Origin: Candidatus Bathyarchaeota archaeon
GTDB lineage: Archaea > Thermoproteota > Bathyarchaeia > Bathyarchaeales > Bathycorpusculaceae
Reading direction: 5' to 3'
Assembly (NCBI GenBank): GCA_963775895.1
Contig: CAVZKL010000025.1
Location: 1 to 30,350, forward strand
DNA: 30,350 nucleotides
Shown here in pieces: positions 18,642 through 27,150 of this stretch. Position 1 is the stretch's first letter, and each line of letters begins with the position of its first letter. The position numbers and the translations under genes are program-made. The notes beneath the pieces were generated by a model that made no database searches, had not been told where the DNA came from, and worked only from the letters and a program-made list of their open reading frames with translations.

Positions 18642-19683
18642 ATGGGTTCATCGAGAACAGGTTTTCAAAGCACTTTGGGTGATAGCGTTGTGGACAAAGA
18701 CAGGTGCACCAATTGTTGCGCATGCGTGGTCGCCTGTCCGTTACAATTGTCTAGGTCCTGTCGAACAGAAGCCTAGCCTCTTGAAAGAGTGTCCGCAGTG
18801 CGGTATCTGCGAGAAAACTTGCCCGCAGTATGAATGGTCTTTGTCGGATGCAGAAAGGTTCACGTTTGGCAGGGCACGTAAAGCCGAGGAAACGTTTGGA
18901 GTCTATCGGCGCGTAGTCGTTTCTCGAGCAACTGACGGTGAGGTGCTGAGGGTTGGACAGGACGGTGGAGTTGCCACGGCTCTCCTATTGCATGCTCTGA
19001 AGAATGGCTTGATCGATCGTGCGGTTGTCTCTGGAATCGACCCTAACAAGCCCCTGTTCCCTGTTCCGAAAGTGGCGATCAGCGTTGAAGAGATTCTAGC
19101 CTGCGCTGGGACACGGTACTTTTATTCACCAAATCTTCTCGCACTGGCCGAGGCGATGAAAGGGAAGATTGGAATAGGCTTCGTTGGAACACCGTGCCAG
19201 ATCAAAGCCATCAGAAAAATGCAGTTGGCTGGGCTGAAGAAATATGGCTCGTTGAAGCTCCTCATCGGACTCATGTGTTCAGAATGCTATGATTATGATG
19301 GACTCGTGAAGAAACACCTTCACCAAGAACTAGGCCTTGATCCAAAAGACATCCTGAAGATCAGCATAAAGGGAAAAATGAACATAACAATGAAGAACGG
19401 ACAGACCAAGAGTCTTCCTCTGGCCGAAGTGAAGCAACATGCCAGAAAAAGTTGTGAATCGTGTTCTGACTTCAGCTCCGAACTAGCCGACATTTCGGTG
19501 GGAGGTCTAGGGTTGGACGGGTGGACGTTCACTATCATTCGATCAGAAAAAGGAGAAGAGGCCTTTTCAAACGCCGAAAAAGCTCGAGTCGTTCAGACCA
19601 GAAATGCTAGCGAAGAAATGCACGCGTTGAACTTGCTCACCAAACTCTCTGAGAAGAAAAGACGGCTTCAGCGTTCTCAATAA
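18642..19683 (+). CDS. Coenzyme F420 hydrogenase/dehydrogenase beta-subunit family protein (FrhB/FpoF-like) with N-terminal ferredoxin; one extra base near 18741
   Basis: ATG 18642 reads MGSSRTGFQSTLGDSVVDKDRCTNCCACVVACP, then shifts into YNCL..CPQCGICEKTCP, GQDGGVATALL, AGTRY, VGTPCQ, IGLMC, CESCSDFSSELADISVGGLG..GW. Confidence 0.9.
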
Positions 19684-19704
19684 TATTTTTCTTCTGACCT
19701 TTTT
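19684..19704 (+). terminator. Possible oligo-T terminator after the frhB-like gene
   Basis: tattttttcttctgacctttt immediately after the stop codon. Confidence 0.4.
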
Positions 19705-19760
19705 CGTATATCTTTCGTGACTTGAACGTTTAGAGCTTGTATATATCGTTGAGTAAGGAT

Positions 19761-19775
19761 GGAAGTTTTAATATA
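19761..19775 (+). promoter_or_regulatory. Putative BRE/TATA of etfBA
   Basis: ggaagTTTTAATAta; SD GGTGAG at 19814-19819 precedes TTG 19825. Confidence 0.55.
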
Positions 19776-19824
19776 GCACACGCGCGTTCGTTTTTTCAAT
19801 CAAAACTGACAATGGTGAGATCTC

Positions 19825-20614
19825 TTGAAGCGTATGCTCGTTTGCGTGAAACAGGCAGTTGATGTTACACAGTTGAAGGTCGACCCAGCAACAAGACAGT
19901 TAGTCACAGCCGGGGCTCCTAAGAAGATGAGCGATTTTGACAAGAATGCACTGGAGGAAGCTATCAAGATTAAAGAAAAGCTCGGAGGCGAGGTTGTGAC
20001 GCTGACTGTGGGTCATGAAGAAGCGAAGGCTAGTATTGCGGGAAGGATTAGCGATTGGTGCTGACAAAGCATACTGTGTCAATGATCTCGGTGTACAGGG
20101 AATTGACACAGGGGGGACAGCTTACGTTCTGGCAGAAATGGCCAAGAAGATAGGGGAATATGATCTCGTTCTTTGTGGTGATTCGTCTCTGGACAGTTTC
20201 TCTGGGCTTGTTGGGCCAAGACTTTCTGAAGTACTGAACCTGCCTCAAATAACTTCGGTGAAAAAGGTCACCGTTGAAGGTGACGCGGTCATTGCTGAGA
20301 GATCCCTCGAAGATGCAAGTGAGGTCGTCAAAGCAAAGATGCCTGCTTTGATTTCCGTCACACGTGAGATAAACCAACCGAGGATACCTTCACTTATGAT
20401 GATCATGAAGGCTTCAAAGAAGGAGATTGTAACTTGGTCTTTGAAAGACCTGAACGTTCCAGCGGAGAAGATCGGTTCAAGAATCGAAATCATTGACGTG
20501 CTTGCACCGAAAATGGAGAGAAAAAGAGTCAAGATCACTGGCGAATCGGTTCAGGAGATCGCGGAGAAACTGGCCAAGGCACTTGCCCAAGAGGGTGTCG
20601 TCGGGAGGAAGTGA
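19825..20614 (+). CDS. etfB: Electron transfer flavoprotein beta subunit; one extra base near 20028
   Basis: VCVKQAVD and DKNALEEAIKIKE; after the shift, LREGLAIGADKA, CGDSSLDSFSGLVGP, INQPRIPS. Confidence 0.92.
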
Positions 20615-20619
20615 TTGGT

Positions 20620-21585
20620 ATGAGCGAAAACAAGGGCATCTGGGTGTTCTCTGAAGTTTACGATCTGATTTTGGAGCTGCTCGGAAAAGGAAGGGAACTG
20701 GCAGACAGGACGAAGGACGAACTGTCAGCGATTCTAATTGGAAGTAACCTGCAAGACAAGGCGGCTGACCTGATAAAATACGGTGCAGACAAGGTATACA
20801 TTGTTGATGATCCTGGCCTCGAGCGTTTTCAATCTGAAACCTACTTGAGCATCCTCAGCAATCTTGCCGTCAATCATCCTCCGAAAACCATGCTGATAGG
20901 GTCAACGAGAAACGGTAAACCACTTGCAGCCAAACTTGCAACCCGTCTGGACGCAGGGTGCGTTCCTGATTGCACGCGACTGAGTATCGACGAAAATGAG
21001 CGGCTCGTCGGCGAACGGATAACTTACGGCGGAATCGCATTCGCTAGAATCACATTCAAGTCTAAACTTCAAATAGCCACTGTTCCTTCAAGAGCTTTTG
21101 ACAAACCTGAAAAGAAGGATCGCACAGGGCAGATAGAAAAGCTGGACTTCAAAGCTGAAGGCCCAAGGACTGAGGTAATTGAAAGGAAACCGCTCGAGAC
21201 TTCAAGCGTGCGGATCGAGGATGCTGCTTACATAGTCTCTGGTGGAAGGGGTTTAGAGAAAAGGGATGATGTAGCGCTGCTGGAAGAGTTGGCAGGGGTC
21301 ATCGGTGGGCAAGTAGGATGTACAAGACCGCTTGTCGAAGATAGGAAATGGTTCACTGATTGGATTGGGCTCTCTGGACACAAGGTGAAACCAAAACTGT
21401 ACATAGCTTGTGGTGTTTCAGGAGTAATCCAACACGTTGCGGGAATACGCGACTCCAAGATAATAGTAGCGATAAACAAGGATCCGGAAGCACCGATATT
21501 CGAAATTGCAGATTATGGGGTTGTGGGCGACCTTTACGAAGTGGTTCCAGCCTTGAAAGAAGCATTGAAGAAACTGCTTCAGTAA
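20620..21585 (+). CDS. etfA: Electron transfer flavoprotein alpha subunit
   Basis: GADKVY, IVSGGRG, GCTRP, IGLSGHKVKPKLYIACGVSGVIQHVAG, AINKDPEAPIF..ADYGVVGDL. Confidence 0.95.
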   Translation: MSENKGIWVFSEVYDLILELLGKGRELADRTKDELSAILIGSNLQDKAADLIKYGADKVYIVDDPGLERFQSETYLSILSNLAVNHPPKTMLIGSTRNGKPLAAKLATRLDAGCVPDCTRLSIDENERLVGERITYGGIAFARITFKSKLQIATVPSRAFDKPEKKDRTGQIEKLDFKAEGPRTEVIERKPLETSSVRIEDAAYIVSGGRGLEKRDDVALLEELAGVIGGQVGCTRPLVEDRKWFTDWIGLSGHKVKPKLYIACGVSGVIQHVAGIRDSKIIVAINKDPEAPIFEIADYGVVGDLYEVVPALKEALKKLLQ

Positions 21586-21589
21586 TTCA

Positions 21590-21600
21590 CTTTTTCTTTT
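21590..21600 (+). terminator. Possible oligo-T terminator after etfA
   Basis: ctttttctttt just after the stop, in a convergent intergenic region. Confidence 0.45.
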
Positions 21601-21716
21601 GCCTTATTCAGAATTACATAGAAGAGTAAATTCCAAAAAGCTGAACCATGGTTTTCACAAGGTGTAACGAAACCAGTGAGCACCAGTCAGGCATTTTGGG
21701 TATCAAGTTTGTGCTC

Positions 21717-22943
21717 TTACTTGTATGCTATGAAGTCTTTGCCCAACAGTTCTCGGGCGATGACTGTTCGCTGTATGTTTGTGGCTCCCTCTGCACCCAC
21801 GCAGTAGGACATTATTCCTCTTAGGCCCATTTCGAGGGGGCATTCTTTGGTGTACCCGTATGCTCCAAGCCAGATCATGGCGTGTTTGTATATGTCGAAG
21901 GCCAGATGAGGTGCCAAGAGCTTGCACGCAGCAATCATCTTTGTTACTTCAAGTGGCGAGAACTTGTTTTCTCTGTAGCGCATGTCCATCATCCATGCGG
22001 TTCGGTACGTTAGTGATTTCAAAGCTTCTAGGTGCGCCCAATCATCCGCCATTTCAAACTGGATGCCTTGGAACTTGCCTATTGGTTTTCCGAAGGCCTT
22101 TCGTTCCTTTACGTAATCCATACCAACGTCAAGTGCGCGTCTGCCGGCGCCAACACAAACAGCTGAGATAAGTATTCGGGCAGTATCGAATCCTTCCATG
22201 GTTAAGTAAAAGCCTTTATCAACGTCACCCAAGCGGTAGCTGTCTGGTACCTTCACGTTTTTCATTAAGAAGCCACCAGTTGAGATTGCCATCCTTCCCA
22301 TGTCATCGTAACGTTTGTTGACTTCCACGCCGGGTGCGTTTATCGGAACGTAGAAGCCTGTCATTCCTCGATGTTGGGCTTCCGGAGGAGCGGGTGAAGT
22401 CCTTGCAACCACAAAATACCCTCCGCCTATCCTTTTTGCTTCTTCAGTGCCACTGATGTACGTTTTTTCGCCGTTGAGAATCCATTCATCTCCTGTTTTC
22501 TTTGCCGTTGTTTTGAAGGCCGCGACATCAGAGCCTCCGCCGGCTTCTGTCGAGCCGATGCCTATGAAAGCGTCCCCCTTTATGGCTGGTCGTATTACGT
22601 CGTTTCTTACTTTCTCGCTCGCGTGTCTGTCAACGACGTACCCCCAGGATGATTCTACAAGCCACAGTACAGGTAAAGCGATGCTCACATCAGCGTACGC
22701 AAGTTCTTCCGCTGCGATGCACGCTGTGACCCAGTCGGCACCTGTTCCACCGTGCTCTTGCGGTGCCGTCATTATGTTCAATCCCATCTCACCCATGCTT
22801 CTCAGAATCGACTGTGGGATTGCGCCGTGCGTGTCCATTTCTCTTATTTTCTCTATTGGCAGGTTTTTTTCGCACCATTCTCGCACGGCTTTTCTGAAGA
22901 GTTCTTGTTCTTCGGTGAAGCCAAATTCTACCAATCCTTTCAC
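21717..22943 (-). CDS. Acyl-CoA dehydrogenase
   Basis: FTEEQELFR, TEAGGGSD, WILNGEKTYIS, ERKAFGKPIGKFQGIQF, LGAYGY, EGATNIQR.VIAR. Confidence 0.94.
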   Translation of the reverse strand: MKGLVEFGFTEEQELFRKAVREWCEKNLPIEKIREMDTHGAIPQSILRSMGEMGLNIMTAPQEHGGTGADWVTACIAAEELAYADVSIALPVLWLVESSWGYVVDRHASEKVRNDVIRPAIKGDAFIGIGSTEAGGGSDVAAFKTTAKKTGDEWILNGEKTYISGTEEAKRIGGGYFVVARTSPAPPEAQHRGMTGFYVPINAPGVEVNKRYDDMGRMAISTGGFLMKNVKVPDSYRLGDVDKGFYLTMEGFDTARILISAVCVGAGRRALDVGMDYVKERKAFGKPIGKFQGIQFEMADDWAHLEALKSLTYRTAWMMDMRYRENKFSPLEVTKMIAACKLLAPHLAFDIYKHAMIWLGAYGYTKECPLEMGLRGIMSYCVGAEGATNIQRTVIARELLGKDFIAYK

Positions 22944-22968
22944 CTTTTGCTGAAGTCTGGAGCAGGGA

Positions 22969-22980
22969 GTATAAAAGTTG
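22969..22980 (-). promoter_or_regulatory. Putative TATA box of the acyl-CoA dehydrogenase gene (likely near-leaderless transcript)
   Basis: The minus strand reads caacTTTTATAc about 27 bp upstream of GTG 22943. Confidence 0.5.
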
Positions 22981-22989
22981 TTTGGAATC

Positions 22990-23865
22990 CTAACTCGAAA
23001 TCTTTGCTAGAAGTTCTTCAGCCGGACTCTGGTTCAGGTTCAAACCGAGCTTCTTTTCGTCAATGCCCAATGCCAGTCCGAGCAGCTGCGAAAAATAGAC
23101 TACTGGAACGTTGAGGTTCGCGCCGACAGTTGTCCCGGCCTCTTTCTGTTTAGCGTCAAACATTAATTGGCAATCTGGACATGAGACAACCATTCCCCCC
23201 ACGCCGAGTTTTTGCACGGCTTTAAGTTTGGATCCCGCAAGCGAGAGCGCAGAGTCAGGGTGACTGCGCATCAGTGCCGCACCACAACAATCCAGCTTTT
23301 CTGCATAATCAACAGGTTCAGCACTCAGTGCGATCAACAACTCGTCGAGTTTCCGCGGGTTCTCCCCGTCATCAACCCTTCCAAGATCGCTGTACCGGAT
23401 TATCTGGCAGCCCACGTGAGTGGCCACTTTCAAACCTTTAAGTGGCCTTTTCACGGCTTTCTTGATTTTTGTTAGTCCGACAAAATCGTGTAGCAGATCG
23501 ATCGTATGCCAGATTCTTATGTTTGGGTCATATTGTAGGTTTTCCTCTTTCAGCAAGTCGATGATTTTCTGAGCGGTTTTGGGATTGTTCTTCATTGCGT
23601 CTTGGGCTTCGGAAATTGTGAAGTGACAACGATTGCACGGGACAAGAAGGTTTTCTGAACCTGTCAGGTTTGCGAGAGCTAGGATCCTAGCTGCCAAGAA
23701 ATTGGCCGTGAATTCGTTGACACTCTTCACCGGATCACCACAGCAAAAAGACTCGGCCAAATCGACCAGTTCAACGTTCAGTTTCGGAAGAGTCTCACGG
23801 AGGGACATTTCGTACGCGAACTGGCTTGTTTGTATACAGCAACCCCAAAAGACGGCGATCTTCAT
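22990..23865 (-). CDS. hdrB: Heterodisulfide reductase subunit B (CCG domains)
   Basis: FWGC, CCG..PCNRC, HVGC, CCGA and SCPDCQLMFD..Q..PVVYFSQLLGLALG. Confidence 0.93.
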   Translation of the reverse strand: MKIAVFWGCCIQTSQFAYEMSLRETLPKLNVELVDLAESFCCGDPVKSVNEFTANFLAARILALANLTGSENLLVPCNRCHFTISEAQDAMKNNPKTAQKIIDLLKEENLQYDPNIRIWHTIDLLHDFVGLTKIKKAVKRPLKGLKVATHVGCQIIRYSDLGRVDDGENPRKLDELLIALSAEPVDYAEKLDCCGAALMRSHPDSALSLAGSKLKAVQKLGVGGMVVSCPDCQLMFDAKQKEAGTTVGANLNVPVVYFSQLLGLALGIDEKKLGLNLNQSPAEELLAKISS

Positions 23866-23866
23866 T

Positions 23867-24352
23867 CTATCTTTCCTCCATGGCTTTCATGAACGCGGCT
23901 TGAAAGCTCTCTTTCGGAGCTTTGATCTTGGGCAAATGCAGACATTCACGATCTATTGTCTCCATCTTCTTGGTGACAATCTTCTGAGGAGGTTCAGCCA
24001 ACCCTGTTTCGAGTATGTGTGAAACTATTTTGAGGTACGTTTCTGGCACTTTCGCCTCTTTTTCAACGGCGAGGTTTCTGAGTGCCATTATCACGTGGTA
24101 AGGTGAGGCTTTTTGTGGACATCTTTGCACGCATTTTAGGCATGTGGCGCACGTCCAGATTATATCTGAGGTGGGCAACTCATCAACAAAGCCGAGGTTG
24201 ACGAGTTTCACTATTTCATGGGGCTTTAATTCCAAGAGTTTTAGAGCTGTGCATCCACTCGTACATTTTATGCATTGGAAACAGTTCACCAGTTCTCTTT
24301 TCCTAAGCTTCGAGAGGATCTTGTCCCGCGACTCGAAGTTAGGTTTAGCCAT
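23867..24352 (-). CDS. hdrC: Heterodisulfide reductase subunit C
   Basis: CFQCIKCTSGC, IWTCATCLKCVQRCP and VIMALRNLA. Start at ATG 24352 or 24358, which avoids overlap with hdrA. Confidence 0.92.
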   Translation of the reverse strand: MAKPNFESRDKILSKLRKRELVNCFQCIKCTSGCTALKLLELKPHEIVKLVNLGFVDELPTSDIIWTCATCLKCVQRCPQKASPYHVIMALRNLAVEKEAKVPETYLKIVSHILETGLAEPPQKIVTKKMETIDRECLHLPKIKAPKESFQAAFMKAMEER

Positions 24353-24377
24353 TGACATCAAATCGATGAGGCTCAAA

Positions 24378-26378
24378 CTATCTTCCTCCTTTGACGCAGG
24401 TCTCATTGAGAGCTGCTTGAACTTGTGTAAGAACTTGGCTGTAACTATACTGCTGAATCTTAATCGCCTCCGTTGGGCAAGCAGAACTGCAGGCGCCGCA
24501 TCCTTGACACATGGCTTCGATAACTTCGGCTGTCAGTTTTTCTTTGCCTTTCACGGTTTCGGTTTTCATCTCTATTGCCATAAATGGACAGACTGACTCA
24601 CATATTCGACATCCGCTGCACAAGTCCTTGTCGATCACGGCTTTCAGTGGTTCGAGCTCAATTTCACCGCATGATAGGAGGTCTATTGCTTTCGCCGCGG
24701 CTCCACTCGCCTGTGCCACAGTATCGGGGATATCTTTGGGTCCTTGGCATGCTCCAGCAAGAAATACTCCAGCCATTGAGCTTTCTAGTGGTCGCAGTTT
24801 CGGGTGTGCTTCAAGCAGGAATCCGTCTGCACTTCTTGACGCGTGGAAGAGAGCACTGATCTGCTCGAGATCGTCGTTCGGGACAAGCCCCGTGCCTAGT
24901 ACCACCATGTCTGCATGTGCCTCTAGAAGCTTATTTGTCCCTTTATCGTAAACATCAAAGTACAGAGACCCGTCTGGAGCTTCGTGAATTTCTGATGGCA
25001 TACCAGCTATGAAGTCTATATCCATGTCCCTCGCGCGCCTGTAGAATTCTTCGTAACCTTTGCCGAAGGCCCGCAGATCAATGTAGCAGACGAGTATTCT
25101 CAGTGGTTCGTGCGTTTTTTCACGGGCGAGAATAGCTTGTTTTAGTGTCACCATGCATCCTACGCGGCAACAATAATCATGGAAGCGTTTGTCGCGAGAA
25201 CCCACGCACTGTATGAACACTATGGTTTTGGGCGTCTTTCCGTCTTTTGGAGTGAGTATCTTTCCGCTTGTTGGTCCGGACGCGTCTGATATTCTCTCAA
25301 ATTCTATGCTGGAAATAACGTTTTTGAAACGCCCGTAACCAAGTTCCGTAATTCTGGTGGCGTCGAACACTTCTGACCCGACGGCGATGACTATTCCGCC
25401 CACTTTAACTTGGACGGTTTCGGGTTGTTGTTCAAAATCTATCGCTTTAGGTTCACAGGCTGTTTGGCACTTGCCACACACACCTTTGGCGTGTTTGAGC
25501 CTTAAGCAATGCTCCGGATCGATGATTGCGATCTTCGGAACTGCGTGCGCCGAAAAAACGTACACTGCCCTTCTTTCCGTGAGATTTTCATTGAATGCGT
25601 CTGGGACTTTCACTGGGCAAACTTTGGCGCATTCTTCACATCCAACACATCTGTTTTGGTCAACATATCTGGGCTTTTTGATGATGGTCACGTTATAGTT
25701 TCCGACGAATCCTTCTACGCCGGTCACTTCAGCGTTCGTCATCAGAGTGATGTTTCCGTTTTTGGCCACGTCAACCATTTTCGGTGTCAGAATGCAAGCA
25801 CTGCAATCAAGGGTTGGAAAGGTTTTGTCCAACTGGGCCATGCGCCCGCCGATGCTAGGGGCCTTTTCAACCAAGTAGACTTTGAATCCAGCGTTAGCCA
25901 AGTCGAGTGAAGCCTGTATGCCTGCTATGCCGCCGCCAACGACGAGAACACTTTTTTCCACGCTTACCTTTCGTTTTTCCAGGGGTTCAAGAAGTCGAGC
26001 GCGAGCTACGCCCATTCGTACGAGTGTCTTGGCCTTTTCTGTTGCTTTCTCAGGCTCATTTGTGTGCGCCCAAGAAACGTGTTCCCTGAGGTTGACTATT
26101 TCGGTCAGGTACGGGTTGAGTCCTGCTTCTGCAATCGCTTTCCTGAACGTATCCTCGTGCATACGTGGAGAACAGGTTGCGATAACTATTCTGTCAAGTT
26201 TGTTGAATTTTATATCATTTTGGATGAGTCTTTGTCCTGGTTCAGAGCACATGTAAGTGTAATGTTTGACCGTTACCACTTCTGGCAGGGTCTTGGCGTA
26301 TTCAGCCACTTTTGCGACGTCGACGACGCCGGCAATGTTTAATCCGCAATGGCAGACGTATACGCCTATTCTTGCCAT
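24378..26378 (-). CDS. hdrA: Heterodisulfide reductase subunit A (FAD/Fe-S, bifurcating family)
   Basis: GVYVCHCG.NI, YMCS, CSPRMHE, GGGIAG, IGGRMAQLDKTFPTLDCSACIL, QCVGSRD, HPKLRP, GACQGPKDIP, plus inserted and C-terminal ferredoxin motifs. Confidence 0.97.
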   Translation of the reverse strand: MARIGVYVCHCGLNIAGVVDVAKVAEYAKTLPEVVTVKHYTYMCSEPGQRLIQNDIKFNKLDRIVIATCSPRMHEDTFRKAIAEAGLNPYLTEIVNLREHVSWAHTNEPEKATEKAKTLVRMGVARARLLEPLEKRKVSVEKSVLVVGGGIAGIQASLDLANAGFKVYLVEKAPSIGGRMAQLDKTFPTLDCSACILTPKMVDVAKNGNITLMTNAEVTGVEGFVGNYNVTIIKKPRYVDQNRCVGCEECAKVCPVKVPDAFNENLTERRAVYVFSAHAVPKIAIIDPEHCLRLKHAKGVCGKCQTACEPKAIDFEQQPETVQVKVGGIVIAVGSEVFDATRITELGYGRFKNVISSIEFERISDASGPTSGKILTPKDGKTPKTIVFIQCVGSRDKRFHDYCCRVGCMVTLKQAILAREKTHEPLRILVCYIDLRAFGKGYEEFYRRARDMDIDFIAGMPSEIHEAPDGSLYFDVYDKGTNKLLEAHADMVVLGTGLVPNDDLEQISALFHASRSADGFLLEAHPKLRPLESSMAGVFLAGACQGPKDIPDTVAQASGAAAKAIDLLSCGEIELEPLKAVIDKDLCSGCRICESVCPFMAIEMKTETVKGKEKLTAEVIEAMCQGCGACSSACPTEAIKIQQYSYSQVLTQVQAALNETCVKGGR

Positions 26379-26534
26379 CAGTCAGCCATCCGAAACCGTG
26401 TTTTATTGAATTCGGCTTGACGGTCTCTATTATGTTTTCTGCAAAGATTCCTGATGTTCTAACGTTGTTATTCACGTGTCCGATTTTGACGGTTAGACGA
26501 AGCTATATGCTGATAGGGTACTTTCATTTCCATT

Positions 26535-27039
26535 CTAATACACCGAGACCTTCGCTACGCCCTTTGATTTTGAGCAATTCTTGAATGAGCTCTCCAGGGA
26601 TCTGTTTTTCCACAATCAAGGTGAGTCTGGGTTCGGGGGAAAGTTCTGGATCATCCACTATAGCTTGTCTTACGCTCAGTCCATTGTTTGCAAGGATCGT
26701 TGCTGCACTCGACAGGATGCCGGTGGCTCTAGCATCTACGGGTGTTATTTCGGCAACTCCGAGGTTTAGATGTCTCGCAACCTCTTTGAGCGAGTATCCA
26801 GCAGATCTAATGCCCTCAAACAATAATCTGAGGTCACGATTGGAGCTGATTGCAGCTATTGTTTCTTTGACCGTTCGTCTGTCTACGCTAGCGACGCGGC
26901 CTATGCGGACCGGTGGAATCTCGATTTCGTTGAGATATATCTTGCCGTTTCTTAGGCTTAGCCCATTTTCTATGAGGACACGCGTCACTTTGAGTCTTTC
27001 TGGATGTCCCTCAAAGTATTCTTTTACGCTGTTCCACAT
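26535..27039 (-). CDS. trpY: TrpY-like transcription regulator (N-terminal HTH + C-terminal ACT, COG2150 type); one extra base near 26561, probable true stop at 26535
   Basis: MW.....F..HPERLKV..LIENG, EI....IGRVASVDRRTV, GILS......NGLSVRQAIVDDPE. The corrected end is KIKGVAKVSVY*. Divergent from trpB2 across TGTACA-like boxes. Confidence 0.8.
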
Positions 27040-27054
27040 ATTCCGTTTCCTTTA

Positions 27055-27137
27055 TGTACATTTTTGTGCAATAAAGTATAAATATGTTCGCGTGATATTT
27101 TGTGTTCTTAACGTACATACATGTGCATAAAGGTACA
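27055..27137. promoter_or_regulatory. TRP-box-like operator array with divergent promoter
   Basis: TGTACA-tttt-TGTGCA (27055-27070); CGTACA-taca-TGTGCA-taaa-GGTACA (27112-27137); TATAAATA at 27077-27084. TGTACA is the known TrpY box consensus. Confidence 0.75.
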
Positions 27138-27150
27138 TTGGTGAACTGAA

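Noticed and set aside
21644-21653. Palindrome aaccatggtt in the etfA-acd convergent gap
   Set aside because: A single 10-bp palindrome is expected by chance in 30 kb and has no promoter context.
22990-26378. HdrABC plus ACDS as evidence of methanogenesis
   Set aside because: No mcr or mtr genes are in the window; Hdr and ACDS are widespread in non-methanogens.
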